From positions 46,382-110,381 of the forward strand of contig CAYPPQ010000001.1 of the NCBI GenBank assembly GCA_964412635.1: a stretch of DNA of 64,000 nt, given 5' to 3'. The DNA comes from an uncultured Planctomycetia bacterium. Its GTDB lineage: Bacteria > Planctomycetota > UBA8108 > UBA1146. The stretch's first letter is position 1. Each line of letters opens with the position of its first letter. Below, one piece after another: positions 47,408-57,450 of this stretch. Under the pieces are notes generated by a model, which had not been told where the DNA came from, searched no databases, and saw only the letters and a program-made list of their open reading frames with translations. The translations under genes were made by a program, and so were the position numbers.

Positions 47408-48625
47408 TCACTGACTCCGTTTCGCTCGCAAATTTTCATCCAGTTTCTCGAGGAACTGCTCGGTGGTGAGATAAGGAGTATCTCCTCCGACGAGAATCGC
47501 AAGATCCTTCGTCATGTGTCCCGACTCGACCGTTTCGATGCAGACAGCCTCGAGATCATCGGCAAACTCGCGCAGATCGTCATTTCCATCGAGGCGTGCT
47601 CGGTGTGCAAACCCACGGGTCCAGGCAAAGATGCTGGCGATGGGATTGGTGGAGGTCGCATTGCCCTTCTGATGCTCTCGGAAGTGCCGGGTCACGGTGC
47701 CGTGGGCAGCTTCTGCCTCTACCGTCTGGCCATCCGGGGTCATCAGCACGCTGGTCATCAGGCCGAGGGAACCGAATCCCTGCGCCACCGTGTCGGACTG
47801 CACATCTCCATCGTAGTTCTTGCAAGCCCAGACAAATCCGCCATTCCACTTCATGGCACAGGCGACCATGTCATCGATCAGACGATGCTCGTAGATGATT
47901 CCTGCGTCCTCGAAGGCTGGCTGGAACTCCGCCTCGAAGACCTCCTGGAACAGATCCTTGAAGCGACCATCGTAGGCCTTGAGGATGGTGTTCTTGGTGG
48001 ACAGGTAGACGGGCCACTTTCGCTGCAAACCGTAGTTCATGCAGGCTCTGGCAAATCCTCTGATCGACTCGTCGAGGTTGTACATCCCCATGGCGATACC
48101 GGGGGCTTCAAACTGCATCACCTCGTAGTTCTGGACATCTCCCCCCTCTGCGGGAGTGAAGGTCATCGACAAGGTGCCAGCACCGGGAACGAGGAAGTCG
48201 GTTGCCCTGTACTGATCTCCATGTGCATGTCTTCCGATGACGATGGAGTTGGTCCAGCCTGGGACCAGTTTCGGCACGTTTTCACAGATGATGGGTTCCC
48301 GGAATACGGTTCCGCCCAGGATGTTGCGGATCGTCCCGTTGGGAGATCTCCACATCTTCTTGAGGTTGAACTCCTCTACCCGATCCTCGTCGGGAGTGAT
48401 GGTCGCGCATTTGACCCCGACACCGTACTCACGGATGGCATTTGCCGCATCGATGGTGATCTGGTCATCGGTGGCGTCCCTGCTCTCGATACCGAGATCG
48501 TAGTACTTCAGATCCACATCCACGTACGGAAGAATCAACCGATCCTTGATGAACTCCCAGATGATCCGGGTCATCTCATCGCCATCGAGTTCCACGACCG
48601 GATTCTCCACCTTGATCTTGTCCAC
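47408..48625 (-). CDS. icd: NADP-dependent isocitrate dehydrogenase, about 405 aa eukaryote-like (IDH1/2-type) subfamily
   Basis: It starts [61 protein letters not shown], which is a typical NADP-IDH N-terminus. Confidence 0.9.
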   Translation of the reverse strand: MDKIKVENPVVELDGDEMTRIIWEFIKDRLILPYVDVDLKYYDLGIESRDATDDQITIDAANAIREYGVGVKCATITPDEDRVEEFNLKKMWRSPNGTIRNILGGTVFREPIICENVPKLVPGWTNSIVIGRHAHGDQYRATDFLVPGAGTLSMTFTPAEGGDVQNYEVMQFEAPGIAMGMYNLDESIRGFARACMNYGLQRKWPVYLSTKNTILKAYDGRFKDLFQEVFEAEFQPAFEDAGIIYEHRLIDDMVACAMKWNGGFVWACKNYDGDVQSDTVAQGFGSLGLMTSVLMTPDGQTVEAEAAHGTVTRHFREHQKGNATSTNPIASIFAWTRGFAHRARLDGNDDLREFADDLEAVCIETVESGHMTKDLAILVGGDTPYLTTEQFLEKLDENLRAKRSQ

Positions 48626-48732
48626 TGAGTCGCTCCTGCCGACCGGGACTTCGCCCGGGCCTGGGTTTCTTGATACTGAACGATGATTCTAGGATCTCAC
48701 CGGCCCGCTGTGAAGCGGACCCGTCAAGGAAC

Positions 48733-49548
48733 CTAGCGCTGGCAACCACCACAGAAGAAGAGGGAGCGGTTTCCCTTCACCACCCTGCGGATCCCGCCCT
48801 CGCAGCGGCTACAGGACTCTCCCTCCCTGCCATACACCTCGAAGGTGTGCTGGAAGTAGCCAGGTTCCCCATCTGGCTGCACGAAGTCCTTGAGGGTGGT
48901 ACCCCCCTGATCGACCGCTCGGGAGAGAACCGTCTGTAGCGCTTCACCGAGTCGTTGGTATCGAACCCGGGCGATTCGCCCACACGACCGATCCGGTCTG
49001 ATTCCTGCCATCCAGGCCGCTTCGTTTGCGTAGATGTTTCCGACTCCCGCCACCACTCTTGAATCGAGCAAAAAATCACGCAGCCCTATACTTCGCTTCC
49101 TCGATGATTCGAACAGCAACTCTCCCAGCTGCTCCTGCTCCAGTGGTTCGGGACCGAGATCCTTCAGCAGTGCGTGCTGTTCGGGGAACTCACCGGCGAG
49201 GGTCACGATTCCGAAGCGCCGGGGATCGTGATACCTCATCTGTCTTCCCCCCTCGAGATACCAGATCACGTGATCGTGACGTCGATATTCATCGCCCTCT
49301 TCGACGATTCGCAAACTGCCCGACATCCCCAGGTGAATCAGCAGTGTCTCACCACTGGTTTCTTGCAGGAGGTACTTCGCTCGACGATGAGTCTCGCCGA
49401 AAACAGCCCCCCTCAATCTCTCGTCGAGATCACCGGGTACCGGCAATCGCAACCGTGAATTACGGGTCACGATTTCCTCGATCCGGCAGCCGCGGATCAA
49501 TTTCGAGATTCCCCGCCGGGTCGTCTCCACCTCGGGCAGTTCGGGCAC
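48733..49548 (-). CDS. mutM: formamidopyrimidine-DNA glycosylase (Fpg/MutM)
   Basis: It starts MPELPEVETTRRGI (catalytic Pro2/Glu3) and has a C-terminal zinc finger CxxC...CxxC (CSRCEGGIRRVVKGNRSLFFCGGCQ). Confidence 0.9.
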   Translation of the reverse strand: MPELPEVETTRRGISKLIRGCRIEEIVTRNSRLRLPVPGDLDERLRGAVFGETHRRAKYLLQETSGETLLIHLGMSGSLRIVEEGDEYRRHDHVIWYLEGGRQMRYHDPRRFGIVTLAGEFPEQHALLKDLGPEPLEQEQLGELLFESSRKRSIGLRDFLLDSRVVAGVGNIYANEAAWMAGIRPDRSCGRIARVRYQRLGEALQTVLSRAVDQGGTTLKDFVQPDGEPGYFQHTFEVYGREGESCSRCEGGIRRVVKGNRSLFFCGGCQR

Positions 49549-49773
49549 GGGGTCGCACTTTCTAGCGCCACCGGGGCCCTCAAGAGAGAAATTCTCTTTT
49601 TTGCCCTCTGAGCGGTTTCTTTCACAGCATGACCCGGTTTCAACGATATTCCAGCCCCCCGGATCGGCCCCCGGATTGAAAAGATGGGTTGAAACCGGGA
49701 CACCATGCCGGGTAACGGTACCTCAGCACTACTCCTGACCATGCGCCGGAGACGGGGGAAAGGGCCGAAAATA

Positions 49774-52467
49774 ATGACGAAGCGGCTCGTGATCGTGGAA
49801 TCACCGACCAAAGCGAAGACCATCGAAAAATACCTCGGCGAGGGTTTCGTGGTGGCCGCCAGTGTCGGCCACATCCGTGATCTACCCAGAAAAGCCAGTC
49901 AGGTTCCATCCGACCTGAAAGAGAACCAGGTCGTCACCGGAATCACCAATGAGTTCGAGGCGATCTACGTCCTCGACGACGACAAGAAATCTACCGTCAG
50001 TGATATCCGCAAGGTGCTGAAGTCAGCGGAAGAACTTTATCTCGCCACTGACGCGGACCGTGAAGGGGAAGCGATCTCCTGGCACCTCTTGCAGGTGTTG
50101 AAGCCAAAGAAATCGATGCCGGTCAAGCGACTCCGATTGGGGCAGATCACCAAGAGTGCCCTGGAGAAGGCGATCGCCGAACCTGAAGAACTGGACACGC
50201 TGCTGGTCGAGGCTCAGGAAGCCAGACGCATGGTCGACAGGCTGTACGGTTTCCCCGTCTCGAATCTGCTCTGGAGAAAGGTCGCCAACGGCCTCTCCGC
50301 AGGGCGAGTACAGACCGTTGCGATTCGCCTACTGGTCGATCGTGAGAAGGAAAGACTCGTCTTCATCCCGGCGGTGTTCTGGGATCTGGATGCACAGTTC
50401 AAGACCAACTCCGACGACACCTTCGAGAGCAAATTACTCGACCTCGGCGGTCAGCCCGTTGCCCAGAGCAAGGACTTCGGAGATGACGGTAAACTGAAGG
50501 AAGAGTCCTCCGATCGTCGGATCTTGACGGAGAAGGATGCCGAGTCCCTCAAGGAGCGTTTTTCATCCTCGAAATTCCGCGTCTCGTCCCTGGAAGAAAA
50601 GCCGTACAAGAGGAAGCCGCCGGTCCCCTTCATCACCAGTGGACTGCAGCAGGAAGCCAGTAACCGCCTCGGATTTTCGCCGGCCAGGACGATGCGGGCA
50701 GCGAACGCACTGTTCCAGAAGGGTTACATCACCTACGTGAGGACCGACAACTACGTCCTCTCCTCCGAAGCGATGAAATCGATCGAGGATCTGATCGGAA
50801 AACGCTTCGGAGCCGCGGAACATGCTCCCAGGAACTTCGGTTCTCTGTCGGAGAATGCCGGCGGAGAACACGAACCGATCCGCCCCGCCGATTTTGTCGA
50901 TCCCTCTGAGCTTGGATCGAAGGTGGGTGAGGATGAGAACCGTCTCTACGACCTCATCTGGAAGAGAACCATCGCAACGCAGATGAAGCCGGCAACGGGA
51001 CGCACCGTCATCCTCGAGGTCAAGGAAGATCACGACGATGCGGCACGTTACCAGTCGAGGGGAACCGTCATCGATGACCCCGGGTTCCTGCGAGTCGATC
51101 CGACAGGTTCCAAGGAAACCATCCTGCCTCCGGTCACCGTCGGCGATGAGGTTTCCATCTCCGATCTGAATCCGGAAGAGCACCGGACTCAACCGATCGG
51201 CAGATACACCGAGGCAGGTCTCATCAAGGAGATGGAAAAGCGAGGGATCGGCCGACCGAGTACCTACGCGAGTATCATCGAACGGATTCAATCCGCTGAT
51301 TACTCCTTCCGCAAGAACAAGGCGCTGGTACCGACCTGGACAGCCTTTGCAGTGGTCCGACTGATGGAGGATCACTTCACCCACTTCGTCGAGTACAGCT
51401 TCACGAAGCAGATGGAAGACGATCTCGATCAGATCGCCAAGGGCCAGCAGGACCGTCGCAAGTACCTGGAGAAATTCTGGTCAGGAAATGGCGAAGCGGG
51501 TCTCTCGGGACTGATCGAGATGGGACTGGAAAAAATCGATCCGGCACAGATCTGCCGCTTCCCGATGCCATTCGGAGGCGGTGATCCGTGGAAATTCCGC
51601 GATCAGGAAGTGATTCTCCGCGTCGGCAGGTACGGACCGTATCTGGAATCGGGAGAGATTCGCGGCAACATTCCAGAGGAACTGTGTCCCGATGAACTCG
51701 ATGCCGGCAAGGTGTCGGAAGTCCTCGAAGCAGGAGCGCGTAAGGATGAACCGATCGGGCACTGCAGTGCCACTGGCAAGCCGATCTACATCAAGAGCGG
51801 CCGCTTCGGTCCCTATGTCCAGAGAGGATCGACCGAGTCGGAAGAGAAACCCGAGTTCGCATCCTTACTCAAGGACATGGAGCCACAGAATGTCACTGCA
51901 GAGGTTGCCATCCAGTTACTGCTCCTGAAGGAGGGGCGCCCTTGCGGTACCTTTGTCGATGCAGAGGGAAGCGAGCACGAGATCCGCGTCTACAACGGTC
52001 GCTATGGCCTCTACATCAAGGCGGGCAAAGAAACTCGTAGCCTCGAGGAAGGGGACGACCCCTTCGCCATCCAGGAAGAACGCTGCAGGGTACTGCTGGC
52101 CCAACCGAAGCGAAGAGGACGCGCCGCCGCCAAACCACCGATCCAGACCTTCGAAAATGTCGTGGAACTGGATGGTGCGACGATCCAGATCAAGGACGGC
52201 CGCTTCGGTCCTTATGCCACCGATGGCGAGACCAACGCCACCCTTGCGAAGGATATGGATCCTGCCACCGTCTCCTCCTCGGAGGCTGCCCAGAGAATCC
52301 TTGCGAAGCGCGAACGAGACGCCAAGAAGGGCAAGAAGAAGAAGAAGACTGCCAAGAAGAAGACCAAGAAGAAGGCGAAGAAGAAGGCCGCCAAGAAGAA
52401 GGCCGCCAAGAAAAAGACCGCCAAGAAGAAGACCACCAAGAAGAAGACCACCAAGAAAGACGATTGA
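49774..52467 (+). CDS. topA: DNA topoisomerase I with C-terminal Zn-ribbon-like repeats and a lysine-rich (histone-H1-like) tail
   Basis: The Toprim start is MTKRLVIVESPTKAKTIEKYLG. The active-site Tyr region is GYITYVRTD. The tail is KKGKKKKKTAKKKTKKKAKKKAAKKK... I chose the ATG at 49774; the ORF track extends to 49705. Confidence 0.95.
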   Translation: MTKRLVIVESPTKAKTIEKYLGEGFVVAASVGHIRDLPRKASQVPSDLKENQVVTGITNEFEAIYVLDDDKKSTVSDIRKVLKSAEELYLATDADREGEAISWHLLQVLKPKKSMPVKRLRLGQITKSALEKAIAEPEELDTLLVEAQEARRMVDRLYGFPVSNLLWRKVANGLSAGRVQTVAIRLLVDREKERLVFIPAVFWDLDAQFKTNSDDTFESKLLDLGGQPVAQSKDFGDDGKLKEESSDRRILTEKDAESLKERFSSSKFRVSSLEEKPYKRKPPVPFITSGLQQEASNRLGFSPARTMRAANALFQKGYITYVRTDNYVLSSEAMKSIEDLIGKRFGAAEHAPRNFGSLSENAGGEHEPIRPADFVDPSELGSKVGEDENRLYDLIWKRTIATQMKPATGRTVILEVKEDHDDAARYQSRGTVIDDPGFLRVDPTGSKETILPPVTVGDEVSISDLNPEEHRTQPIGRYTEAGLIKEMEKRGIGRPSTYASIIERIQSADYSFRKNKALVPTWTAFAVVRLMEDHFTHFVEYSFTKQMEDDLDQIAKGQQDRRKYLEKFWSGNGEAGLSGLIEMGLEKIDPAQICRFPMPFGGGDPWKFRDQEVILRVGRYGPYLESGEIRGNIPEELCPDELDAGKVSEVLEAGARKDEPIGHCSATGKPIYIKSGRFGPYVQRGSTESEEKPEFASLLKDMEPQNVTAEVAIQLLLLKEGRPCGTFVDAEGSEHEIRVYNGRYGLYIKAGKETRSLEEGDDPFAIQEERCRVLLAQPKRRGRAAAKPPIQTFENVVELDGATIQIKDGRFGPYATDGETNATLAKDMDPATVSSSEAAQRILAKRERDAKKGKKKKKTAKKKTKKKAKKKAAKKKAAKKKTAKKKTTKKKTTKKDD
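52321..52460 (+). repeat. low-complexity AAG/GCC codon repeat encoding the TopA poly-Lys/Ala tail
   Basis: The sequence is aagaagaagaagact gccaagaagaagacc aagaagaag gcgaagaagaag... with 4-5 codon periodicity. Confidence 0.7.
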
Positions 52468-52476
52468 GAGTTCTTC

Positions 52477-53520
52477 GTGAAGTGGACCGCCTCTTTCTCC
52501 TCGAAATCGTTACACCGCACCATCCATCTCGTCCTGCTCGGAACCATCGTGATGATCTCGATCGGTTGCTCCGGTACCCCCAACAGTAATCCCGTGAACA
52601 CCGAACCTGTCGGGGAGGAATCGGTACCACCTCTTTTTTCGGCTCGCTGGAATGAAGCACGGGATCGGGTCCAGGTGATGACGGAGGACTCGACCCAATG
52701 CAACATGGTGGCAACCTTGCGTCTCGACCACGATCGCCCCTGTCTCTTTCCCCTTTACTCTCCCGGTGGCGAGATGGTGTTGCGTCGCTTTCCGCTGGAA
52801 AACCCCGGGACGGGAGAATCGACGGACCACCCACACCACGCCGGAGTCTGGATCGCCCACGGATCGGTCGATGATCACGATTTCTGGCATGGCAAGTCCA
52901 CGCGACAGATCCCCAGTAACTGGGAATCGTTTTCACTGGACGACGATAATATTCTCGTCCTCAGTGGACAGCTCACCTGGACCGCCGGGGATGATGCAAT
53001 CATCGAGGAGACTCGCACCTACGATTTTCGGCGTGGGGAAGGATTTCACAGCATCGAGATCTGGAGCCTGTGGGAAGCGCTCGGATCGGAGACGATCACC
53101 ATCGGTGACACCAAGGAAGGCACCTTTGCCCTGCGGCTCGCTCCGTCCCTTCGACTCGACGGTCAAGTTGCTGCGGGAAACTCCATCAATGCCGAGGGAA
53201 TCTCAGGCGGATCGGTATGGGGTAAGCAGAGTCGCTGGGTCGCCTATTCCGGTCCTGTCGAGGGTCAAGAGGTGACCGTCGCACTGCTCGATCATCCGGA
53301 GAACCCCGGCCACCCCACCTGGTGGCATGCCAGAAAGTACGGCCTGTTTGCAGCAAACCCCTTCGGGCAGCACGATTTCGAGGGCTCCGCTGCGGGCAGT
53401 GGCGAGATGAAGATCCCTCCCGGTGAACAGCTCTTCTTTCGCCATATGCTCCTCATCTTCAGCGAAGATGTGAGCGCAGAACAGATCGATGAGGCGTGGG
53501 CCCGTTTCTCCGCCGGCTAA
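52477..53520 (+). CDS. lipoprotein of unknown function (possibly PmoA/DUF6807-like family)
   Basis: It has a signal plus lipobox (LLGTIVMISIGCSG). It is a 347 aa His/Trp-rich beta-type protein (HPHHAGVWIAHG, HPTWWHARKYGLFAANPFG). The family assignment is from memory only. Confidence 0.4.
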   Translation: MKWTASFSSKSLHRTIHLVLLGTIVMISIGCSGTPNSNPVNTEPVGEESVPPLFSARWNEARDRVQVMTEDSTQCNMVATLRLDHDRPCLFPLYSPGGEMVLRRFPLENPGTGESTDHPHHAGVWIAHGSVDDHDFWHGKSTRQIPSNWESFSLDDDNILVLSGQLTWTAGDDAIIEETRTYDFRRGEGFHSIEIWSLWEALGSETITIGDTKEGTFALRLAPSLRLDGQVAAGNSINAEGISGGSVWGKQSRWVAYSGPVEGQEVTVALLDHPENPGHPTWWHARKYGLFAANPFGQHDFEGSAAGSGEMKIPPGEQLFFRHMLLIFSEDVSAEQIDEAWARFSAG

Positions 53521-53564
53521 TTGACAATTGACAGGGAAATTCTCGTACCGTTATCATACCCTCC

Positions 53565-55337
53565 ATGATGATCTTCCTTGCTGAATCAAAATTCACTCTC
53601 ACCCTTCGATACATCCTGTTCAGCATCGTCTTTCTTGCACCCCAATCGATCTCCGAGGCTGCCGGTTCCGATCTCTCTGGAATCTGGCGTGGTCAGTTGC
53701 TGGATGGGGAATCTTCAATTGAATTGATCTTTCACATCGAAGCAACCGCCGACGGATCCTGGACCGGCACCGTTGATACTCCAGCTCAATCTTCATTCGG
53801 ATTACCCTTGAGTGGAGTCTCCATCTCGGAGGAGAACTCGGTACTCATCTCCGTTGCAGCAACTGGAGGACTCTACGAGGCCAACCTGAACGGTTCCGGA
53901 GATGAACTCGAGGGCGTGTGGAAACAACGAGGATCTGAGCTGAAACTGCTGTGCTCTCGCGAGCCCGCTCTCCCGCAGATACCAGAGAAACTTGCCGCTT
54001 CTCTCGTCGGGACCTGGCAAGGCACCCTGAAGGTCGGCGCCATCGAGTTGCGCATCCTCATCGACCTGTCGAGGCAGGAAAACGGCAAGATCGGTGGCTT
54101 CATGGTCAGCCCCGATCAATCTCCCGCCCAATTGCGGGTAACGCGCCTCGACTTCCTCGACGATGCTGGAATACGAATCTCCGTCGGCGAACTGTTCATC
54201 AGTTACCTGGTGGACTTCTCTGAAGACGGCAAGAAGTTGACCGGAAGCATGCTCCAGGGCAGGGGGAAATTTGACATCGAGTTGACGCGAGAAAACGAGG
54301 TCATCGAGTTGCTTCGCCCCCAGACCCCGGTTCCTCCCTTTCCCTACAAGATGGAAGAAGTCAGTTACAGCAATCCTGCTACCAGCATTGTTCACTCGGG
54401 CACCCTGACGATCCCTGCCGGGGAAGGTCCCTTCCCTGCGGTCCTGTTGATCTCCGGATCCGGGGCACAGAATCGCGATGAGGAGCTGTTCCAGCACCGG
54501 CCATTCCATGTCATCGCGGATCATCTCAGCCGCAACGGCGTCGCGGTTCTACGTGTCGATGACCGCGGTGTGGGAGGCACCACCACCGATGACAACCCGA
54601 AGGACGACACCACCCTCGATCATGTCGGCGACGCACTTCGTGGATTTCGCTTCCTGCAAGGCCGTGCGGAGATCGACGCCAAACGTGTCGGATTGATCGG
54701 ACACTCCGAGGGTGGAGTCATCGCTCCCCTTGCCGCTCAAGACGAAGATGAAGTGGCGTTCATCGTCATGCTCGCCGGTACCGGCGTACGAGGCGATCGC
54801 TTGCTATTGAGTCAGGCTGAACTGATCTCCAAGGTCGAAGAAATTTCTGAAGAGGAGTTACAGGCGGGCCTCGCCCTCAACAGGAAACTCTTCGATGTCG
54901 TGCTTCAGGAACAGTTGAGTTCAACTGAACAGAGGGACCTCTTTTCTGAGATTCTCGAAGAACAGGAAGAACTCTCCCCGGCGGAACGAGATTCCATCCT
55001 TCAGCAGATGTCGAACCAGTGGATTCAATGGTTCATCCGCTTCGACCCGACCACATCACTTGAAGCAGTGCAGGTACCGGTACTGGCAGTCAACGGATCC
55101 CTCGACCTACAGGTCCCCTGCAAGGAAAACCTCGATGCCATCGCAGCGGCACTGGAGAAGGGCGGGAACAGCGATTTCGAGACGGTGACCTTCCCCGATC
55201 TGAATCATCTCTTCCAGCACTGTGCTACAGGAGCTCCCTCCGAATACGGCAAGATCGAGGAAACATTTGCACCGGAAGTTCTCGAAAAGATCACTTCCTG
55301 GATCAACAGCCGCTTCGGTAACGATCGAGATCGATGA
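53565..55337 (+). CDS. secreted alpha/beta-hydrolase-fold protein with duplicated N-terminal beta-rich domains
   Basis: It has a signal peptide. Two domains of about 110 aa begin (S/A)GIWRGQL / GTWQGTL. The C-terminal hydrolase has the GHSEGG nucleophile elbow. Confidence 0.7.
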   Translation: MMIFLAESKFTLTLRYILFSIVFLAPQSISEAAGSDLSGIWRGQLLDGESSIELIFHIEATADGSWTGTVDTPAQSSFGLPLSGVSISEENSVLISVAATGGLYEANLNGSGDELEGVWKQRGSELKLLCSREPALPQIPEKLAASLVGTWQGTLKVGAIELRILIDLSRQENGKIGGFMVSPDQSPAQLRVTRLDFLDDAGIRISVGELFISYLVDFSEDGKKLTGSMLQGRGKFDIELTRENEVIELLRPQTPVPPFPYKMEEVSYSNPATSIVHSGTLTIPAGEGPFPAVLLISGSGAQNRDEELFQHRPFHVIADHLSRNGVAVLRVDDRGVGGTTTDDNPKDDTTLDHVGDALRGFRFLQGRAEIDAKRVGLIGHSEGGVIAPLAAQDEDEVAFIVMLAGTGVRGDRLLLSQAELISKVEEISEEELQAGLALNRKLFDVVLQEQLSSTEQRDLFSEILEEQEELSPAERDSILQQMSNQWIQWFIRFDPTTSLEAVQVPVLAVNGSLDLQVPCKENLDAIAAALEKGGNSDFETVTFPDLNHLFQHCATGAPSEYGKIEETFAPEVLEKITSWINSRFGNDRDR

Positions 55338-55385
55338 TCGATCCGCCCCCTCGCAGTCGAAATCGCCTCGTGATACTGTTCCGGA

Positions 55386-55913
55386 ATGAAAAATAAACAC
55401 CTCAAACCGCTGTCCTTGTTCCTGGTGCTGTTGATTGGTGGCTGCAACACGGTTCCATTGACCACCTCATCCGGAAAGACCACGGAAAATCTGTTTTCCA
55501 TGTTCAAGGAGCTGGAAGGGGAGTGGATCTCGACTTCCGCATCTGCCGACATGCCGCCCTCGACGGTGACCTATCGCACCATCGCAAACGGCAGTTCCGT
55601 CGTCGAAACGGTTTTCGCTGGCACACCCCATGAGATGGTCTCGGTCATCTTTCTGGATGGAACTCAGTTGCGGATGACGCATTACTGCGCTGCACGGAAT
55701 CAACCACATCTGTTCGCCAACGAGATCACCGACGACAGCGTCTCGTTCGTGACCGCCAATGTCTCGAATCTTCAAGATCCAGGCGATCTCTACATGGGAG
55801 AGGCGCAGTGGGTCTTCATCGATGAGAACAACATCCAGACCAACTGGATGAGTTTTCAAGGTGGCGAGGAGAGCGGCGCGATGGTCTTCAACATGAAGAG
55901 AGCCGCCGATTAG
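55386..55913 (+). CDS. lipoprotein, hypothetical
   Basis: It has the lipobox LLIGGC after a signal peptide, and is 175 aa. Confidence 0.55.
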   Translation: MKNKHLKPLSLFLVLLIGGCNTVPLTTSSGKTTENLFSMFKELEGEWISTSASADMPPSTVTYRTIANGSSVVETVFAGTPHEMVSVIFLDGTQLRMTHYCAARNQPHLFANEITDDSVSFVTANVSNLQDPGDLYMGEAQWVFIDENNIQTNWMSFQGGEESGAMVFNMKRAAD

Positions 55914-55960
55914 CGATTCTCGGAAAATGAGAATCAGCAACCATTCTGCTCGATGACCCT

Positions 55961-57376
55961 CTACTCGAAGAGTTGATGCACCGCCTCTGCCTTGACCAGT
56001 TCGCGAGGCTGCTTCAGGTGATTGAGCACCATCGTATCCGGAGCGATTCCAAAGGAATGATAGATCGACGCGAGCAGTTCTCTCGGGTGGACCGAATCAC
56101 TGAGCGGTGCAGATCCAGTCTCGCCCGACTCCCCGTGTACGTAACCACGACGGACCCCCGCTCCCGCAAGACAGGCGGTGTAGCAATAGGGCCAGTGATC
56201 TCGTCCGTCATCGGTATTGTTGTTCCCTGAAGTACTGACTCCACGCTGCGGCGAACGACCGAACTCACCCACAGCAACCACCAGCGTCTCATCGAGCAAA
56301 CCACGATCATCGAGATCCTCGATCAAGGTCGCCAGTCCAGAATCGAGCATCGGTGCCGCTTGCTTCTTCATCCGCCTGGAGAGATCGACATGAACATCCC
56401 ATGAGTGGTTATCGGAGTTGGCTACCTTGGGCCAGATCACCTCGACGACCCGGGTTCCCGCTTCCACCAGACGCCTTGCAAGAAGGCAACTCTGACCGAA
56501 GGTATTGCGACCGTAGCGCTCCCGCAATTTGAAGGACTCCTGATCGAGATCGAACGCTTCCCTCGCCTTGCCCGAGACGATCAGATTGATCGCCTTGGAG
56601 TAGTACTCGTTCAACTCGTAATCCTCGACCGCCTTATCGATCCCGGGCATCGCATCGTTGATGGCATCCCGAATCCTCGCGCGTCGTTGAAGTCGATGAG
56701 CGAAGACACCCGGAGCCATCGAGAGGTCGTCGACATTGAGCTTGTCCATCTTGGACATGTTCAGATCATCACCGGCGGGGAATAACTGGTATGGATCGTA
56801 CGCCTTGCCGAGGAATCCTGCGGTCCCCCCCTTGCCGACGACATTGCTCTCCTGCAACGGTCTCGGCAGCATCACGAAGGGAAGCATCGGAGCCTCGGGC
56901 GGACGCATCCGCACCAGCTGCGAACCGAAGTTGGGGAAGTCCTTGGGACTTGGCGGCTCCAGCTGTCCCGAGGGGCTGACCTTGTCGGTGGTGTATCCCG
57001 TCATCATCTGATAGATCGCCGCGGTGTGATTGAACAGCCCCTTTGGCGTGTAACTCATCGAGCGAATCATCGTCATCTTGTCGTTGACCTGAGCAAGTCT
57101 CGGCAACAACTCGGTGAAGTGAACTCCGGGGATCTTTGTTGGAATGTTATCGAACACACTCTTCACGTTGTCCGGGACATTTTCCTTTGGATCCCAGAGA
57201 TCGATGTGGCTCGGTCCACCTTGTAGATAGACCATGATGATGCTCTTCGCCTTGGCCCACCCCGGTGCTGATTTGACAGCTTCACGAGCGACCGCCTGCA
57301 TCTCGAAGATCGACCCGAGGGTCAATCCGAGAAAGCCCGCGCCACCGATCCTCATCAGATCGCGACGGGTCATGTT
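55961..57376 (-). CDS. DUF1501 family protein (sulfatase-like, TAT-secreted)
   Basis: The TAT motif is [17 protein letters not shown]. The body ([16 protein letters not shown]...) is DUF1501-like. The ORF track extends to 57424. Confidence 0.85.
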   Translation of the reverse strand, partial: NMTRRDLMRIGGAGFLGLTLGSIFEMQAVAREAVKSAPGWAKAKSIIMVYLQGGPSHIDLWDPKENVPDNVKSVFDNIPTKIPGVHFTELLPRLAQVNDKMTMIRSMSYTPKGLFNHTAAIYQMMTGYTTDKVSPSGQLEPPSPKDFPNFGSQLVRMRPPEAPMLPFVMLPRPLQESNVVGKGGTAGFLGKAYDPYQLFPAGDDLNMSKMDKLNVDDLSMAPGVFAHRLQRRARIRDAINDAMPGIDKAVEDYELNEYYSKAINLIVSGKAREAFDLDQESFKLRERYGRNTFGQSCLLARRLVEAGTRVVEVIWPKVANSDNHSWDVHVDLSRRMKKQAAPMLDSGLATLIEDLDDRGLLDETLVVAVGEFGRSPQRGVSTSGNNNTDDGRDHWPYCYTACLAGAGVRRGYVHGESGETGSAPLSDSVHPRELLASIYHSFGIAPDTMVLNHLKQPRELVKAEAVHQLFE

Positions 57377-57450
57377 CTCCGAATCACAAAGATCGGAACA
57401 GTCATCACCAGGAACTCTCAGCATCTCTGCACCTCTCAGTTAGCCATTCA

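Noticed and set aside
47342-48628. 428 aa plus-strand ORF
   Set aside because: It is exactly antisense to icd, which is unambiguous. It is a shadow frame.
52190-52936. 248 aa minus-strand ORF overlapping the topA tail and the lipoprotein gene
   Set aside because: It is the complement of the AAG repeat, giving S/W/R-rich nonsense (SSSWWSSSWRSFSW...). It is an artefact of the lysine-codon microsatellite.
55915-55935. 7-bp hairpin gattctc-ggaaaat-gagaatc between convergent genes
   Set aside because: The stem is short and AT-rich and has no U-tract on either strand. It is too weak to call a terminator.
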